Assembly (NCBI RefSeq): GCF_964204645.1 | Contig: NC_134034.1 | Coordinates: 13,095,062-13,159,061, forward strand | DNA: 64,000 bases | Origin: Tubulanus polymorphus | Lineage: Eukaryota; Animalia; Nemertea | Direction of reading: 5' to 3' | Shown here: positions 63,501-64,000 of the stretch, in pieces | How positions within the stretch are numbered: position 1 is the stretch's first letter | How the letters are laid out: the number at the start of each line of letters is the position of its first letter | Notes under the pieces: generated by a model | The model's database searches: none | Told to the model about the DNA's origin: nothing | The model's input: the letters and a program-made list of their open reading frames with translations, nothing else | Translations under genes and position numbers: made by a program

Positions 63501-64000
63501 AGTCCAATATATGTTTTGGTGTACGGCCGCTAGGGGACGTTGGTGACTGGGCAGCCGACGACCGGGTAGAGAATGGAAACAGCCGATCGGTGCCGAACGG
63601 AGTTAATTCGATCCGTGGCGGTCGCTTAGAAGATGAAACCGCGCGCGATGACTCGAATACTCGTCGTTCGTTCGATGTCATTTTATCGCGACCGGGAATC
63701 GCTTCGTCTTCGGGAGCGGCCGCTACTCATCACCTGAAATCTCGTCGTCAAGTCTCGTCTGATCTCGGAGACGGAAATCGTCTGCCGTCGCCGAAGCCGT
63801 CGACAGACGATCGACGTCAGCCGCGTTGTTTATCATCCGAAGCGATTAACATCTCGGCTACTGGTTCTTCTGTCGCTGTTGCTGCTGTTGCTGCTAATAC
63901 GAACGACTCAATTCTTGTTGATGATGTTGTCAAAACAACAGATAAAGAACGAGCTCATCAAACGTCTTGCAACTCGTTTCGTATCCTTAGCGACGACGTC
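13415..64000 (+). CDS. C7orf25: C7orf25/UPF0415-family protein, multi-exon, 3' end outside the window
   Basis: Exons 13415-13555 (..[18 protein letters not shown]), 61533-61686 (..[31 protein letters not shown]), 62133-62261 (..[28 protein letters not shown]) and 62547->64000 ([41 protein letters not shown]..). Introns are GT-AG with matching phases. The blocks are colinear with remembered human C7orf25 blocks AELKFLQK, HLQSTNLTHL, VDVVANGGHTWVK, GQYGDKSIIEQAE. Confidence 0.85.
14737..15847. repeat. 77-bp satellite array, about 14 copies
   Basis: Unit GACATCRYGAGACTCTGTCACAGTACAAACCCCTGTCCTAGTAGACACATCCTCCCTCACAGGGATTTRAACCTGAT. Confidence 0.96.
17096..17385. repeat. 60-bp tandem repeat, about 4.7 copies
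   Basis: Unit TGAGCGGAGTCTACTGTATCATCCAACTCAGATATCACTCTCAAGTCAAAAGATCMGACT. Confidence 0.93.
18337..18495. repeat. 30-bp tandem repeat, about 5 copies
   Basis: Unit CGACCGACCGGCAAAATTGGGCAAACACTG. Confidence 0.93.
18747..18950. mobile_element. Diverged, inverted copy of the Harbinger-type MITE
   Basis: TGATACCTTGTTTCTCC ... GAGAAACAAGGTATCATTTTTAG termini; interior resembles the reverse complement of 6877-7096. An older copy lies at about 17765-17930. Confidence 0.7.
19343..20440 (-). CDS. Single fibronectin type III domain transmembrane protein, 365 aa, nested in the C7orf25 intron
   Basis: Uninterrupted ORF with FN3 hallmarks ([29 protein letters not shown]), [22 protein letters not shown], a basic stop-transfer segment and a long Pro/Ser/Tyr-rich tail. 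A splice acceptor (TTTCAG) lies 19 nt upstream of the ATG. Confidence 0.85.
   Translation of the reverse strand: MFNLLNTMSTTAGPSIVQFLELASASATTINIRWAITREFTVNLIGAKVHYQRYGSTLVKYSDLLPPESTNYSIDKLLANTNYKICLALYNNSSSVDSPSRHCMDAMTTTWHIPVSIGSSIGAFLALAIIVLIVLMSQCKQRHMTNRVRRKSSRYDSQFDSQYDSVAHDPESSSYHPGAHGEFSDITIHEIHEECWENDKGGVMLEVPNMNHCANVAPHMHICAHNPRCFSIPTYPGDVGSLPLSSERYPPQTVQYNQPQPSTSQSRIIADDTAENYDRRDEQEQREPVTPTLDAMSPVFCPIASLPYQRSLDAGTALPPPGGRIPGPGPPPTTKPWVYMKKSPNSMNGRLSNSDHQLCTRVNTV
23255..23700. repeat. 39-bp satellite array, about 10 copies
   Basis: Unit AAATTAAACCCACACAACTGTGGAACTGGATTCAGTGTC; produces the 13-aa periodic spurious ORFs. Confidence 0.95.
24262..24560. repeat. About 61-bp tandem repeat with paired CCAAT/ATTGG motifs, 4-5 copies
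   Basis: Unit ATATAGACCGGCTCTAATTGGCGGGTTTGCTAGAATGCAGTCCAATCAGAGTGGTTTTCAG. Confidence 0.9.
25570..26355. repeat. Compound CT-rich microsatellite (about 780 bp polypyrimidine)
   Basis: CTCTCACTCTCTCCT-type units; source of the spurious Leu/Ser ORF 25555..26460. Confidence 0.96.
27140..27290. repeat. GA-rich simple repeat
   Basis: Direct reading. Confidence 0.85.
28474..29865. repeat. 92-bp satellite array, about 15 copies
   Basis: Period 92 (TCTACCCC at 28481, 28573, and so on). Confidence 0.96.
30357..31307. repeat. 92-bp satellite array, about 10 copies
   Basis: Same unit and orientation as 28474-29865. Confidence 0.96.
33655..33780. repeat. 18-bp purine-rich tandem repeat (GGGAGGGAGAGAGAGGAA)
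   Basis: Direct reading. Confidence 0.9.
34609..34725. repeat. 30-bp tandem repeat x4
   Basis: Unit AAACTATCCCCAAGAGCCTGGAATCCTGTC. Confidence 0.9.
34972..35505. repeat. 55-bp satellite array, about 10 copies
   Basis: Period 55 (GCTG at 34972, 35027, and so on); same family as 403-602. Confidence 0.95.
37000..37345. repeat. Degenerate 80-90 bp tandem repeat
   Basis: Recurring GATGACGT, GCGGCCATCTTTTCTAGAAGGGTCGAT and CTAATCACCGATAGTTAATT blocks. Confidence 0.65.
37350..37780 (-). pseudogene. Decayed PIF/Harbinger DDE transposase fragment
   Basis: Minus-strand translation [30 protein letters not shown] resembles the HARBI1-type motif GFPxVIGAIDGTH (first catalytic Asp); upstream frames are broken. 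Confidence 0.55.
38546..38997. repeat. About 49-bp tandem repeat, about 10 copies with internal deletions
   Basis: Unit CAGTCTGCTGAGGGACATCTCTCCGGTAGATCGTCTGTCATTAGACCCA. Confidence 0.93.
39900..40060 (+). mobile_element. 3' remnant of a CR1/L2-group LINE ORF2
   Basis: Translation [33 protein letters not shown] matches the typical C-terminal (S/T)FFxRxxxxWNxL motif of these LINEs. Confidence 0.6.
40109..40515. mobile_element. Cluster of three short (about 100-110 bp) TIR elements
   Basis: Best copy about 40210-40318: GGTCCAGTTCCACAGTT ... AACTGTGGAACTGGGTCC. An inverted copy lies immediately upstream and a truncated copy at about 40425-40515. Confidence 0.7.
42040..42320. repeat. 39-bp-family array, reverse orientation, two alternating unit variants
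   Basis: CAGTTCCACAGTTGTG cores alternate with GGTTTAATTTGACCCTGAACCGG and AGGGATTGCTTTGACTCTGAGTC. Confidence 0.9.
43753..44293. repeat. 77-bp satellite array, about 7 copies
   Basis: Same unit as 14737-15847. Confidence 0.95.
46385..46585. repeat. 39-bp-family array, reverse orientation, about 5 copies
   Basis: GACCCAGTTCCACAGTTGTG cores. Confidence 0.85.
46895..47483. repeat. 77-bp satellite array, about 7.5 copies
   Basis: Same unit as 14737-15847. Confidence 0.95.
51019..51091 (+). pseudogene. tRNA pseudogene or tRNA-derived SINE head
   Basis: A box TGGTCTACTGG, T arm CCGGG-TTCGAGT-CCTGG, 3' TGGGCGCA and a following T-run; acceptor and anticodon stems are broken, so the isotype cannot be assigned. 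Confidence 0.65.
51620..51730. repeat. (CTG)/(GTG) trinucleotide tract
   Basis: Direct reading; a similar (GCT)n tract lies at about 42992-43036. Confidence 0.85.
51979..52199. mobile_element. PIF/Harbinger-type MITE, second intact copy
   Basis: Near-identical to 6877-7096; TSD TAA (51976-51978, 52200-52202). Confidence 0.85.
52842..54705 (-). CDS. Core-2/I-branching beta-1,6-N-acetylglucosaminyltransferase (GT14, GCNT-like), 3 exons, 441 aa, nested in the C7orf25 intron
   Basis: Exons 54705-53972, 53830-53595, 53197-52842 (1326 nt in frame). Type II N-terminal anchor; motifs [63 protein letters not shown] (catalytic Glu), ARYKIW, ICVF..GDL, LFANKF. Confidence 0.94.
53349..53387 (-). pseudogene. 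tRNA 5'-half remnant in the GCNT intron
   Basis: Minus strand GCCTCGTTAGCTCAGGCGGTTAGAGCGCTTAGTC gives an acceptor 5' strand and D arm/A box; no T arm follows. Confidence 0.5.
55005..55386. repeat. (CCAT/CCAC/CCAA)n tetranucleotide microsatellite
   Basis: Source of the spurious W/G/M/D-rich ORFs. Confidence 0.95.
56382..56492. repeat. Exact tandem duplication of about 54 bp
   Basis: TATCTCGCATGTCACCAACGGGCCTCCGTATCCCACAGATTTCCAGACATAGTG occurs twice. Confidence 0.9.
57424..57501. repeat. (TA)n microsatellite
   Basis: Direct reading. Confidence 0.97.
58661..59741. repeat. 92-bp satellite array, about 12 copies
   Basis: Same unit as 28474-29865. Confidence 0.96.
60468..60766. repeat. C/T-rich compound minisatellite
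   Basis: CCCCTCTCCCGCT-type units. Confidence 0.92.
61533..64000 (+). CDS. C7orf25: Coding exons 2-4 of the C7orf25 homologue (exon 4 open to the window end)
   Basis: 61533-61686, 62133-62261, 62547-64000. Manual translation of 62549-64000 gives 484 codons with no stop; it is absent from the ORF track because it is unterminated. Confidence 0.88.

Overview
Animal genomic DNA, most likely from an invertebrate given the NIT-domain guanylyl cyclase, with spliceosomal introns and many short satellite arrays. I reconstructed five protein-coding genes by hand from splice sites. (1) A minus-strand receptor guanylyl cyclase with TM-NIT-TM-coiled coil-cyclase architecture runs off the left edge and has a tRNA-Ala(TGC) gene in one intron. 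(2) METTL2, a tRNA m3C methyltransferase, is on the minus strand with 7 exons. (3) A plus-strand C7orf25/UPF0415 homologue lies head-to-head with METTL2. Its first coding intron is about 48 kb and it runs off the right edge in a very long open exon that the ORF track misses. Nested antisense inside that intron are (4) a single-FN3 transmembrane protein gene and (5) a GT14 core-2/I-branching GlcNAc transferase gene that needs a GC-AG intron. The best candidate for new biology is the NIT-GC. Its cyclase domain carries the two signatures of the soluble guanylyl cyclase beta-1 subunit ([11 protein letters not shown] without the first metal-binding Asp, and VETVGDKY), which suggests an obligate heterodimeric nitrate/nitrite/NO-sensing receptor cyclase. 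The rest is Harbinger- and mariner-type MITEs, transposase and LINE relics, tRNA-derived elements and dispersed satellite families, one of them apparently tRNA-derived. There is no CRISPR array or prokaryotic operon. Family assignments rest on remembered motifs, not database searches.
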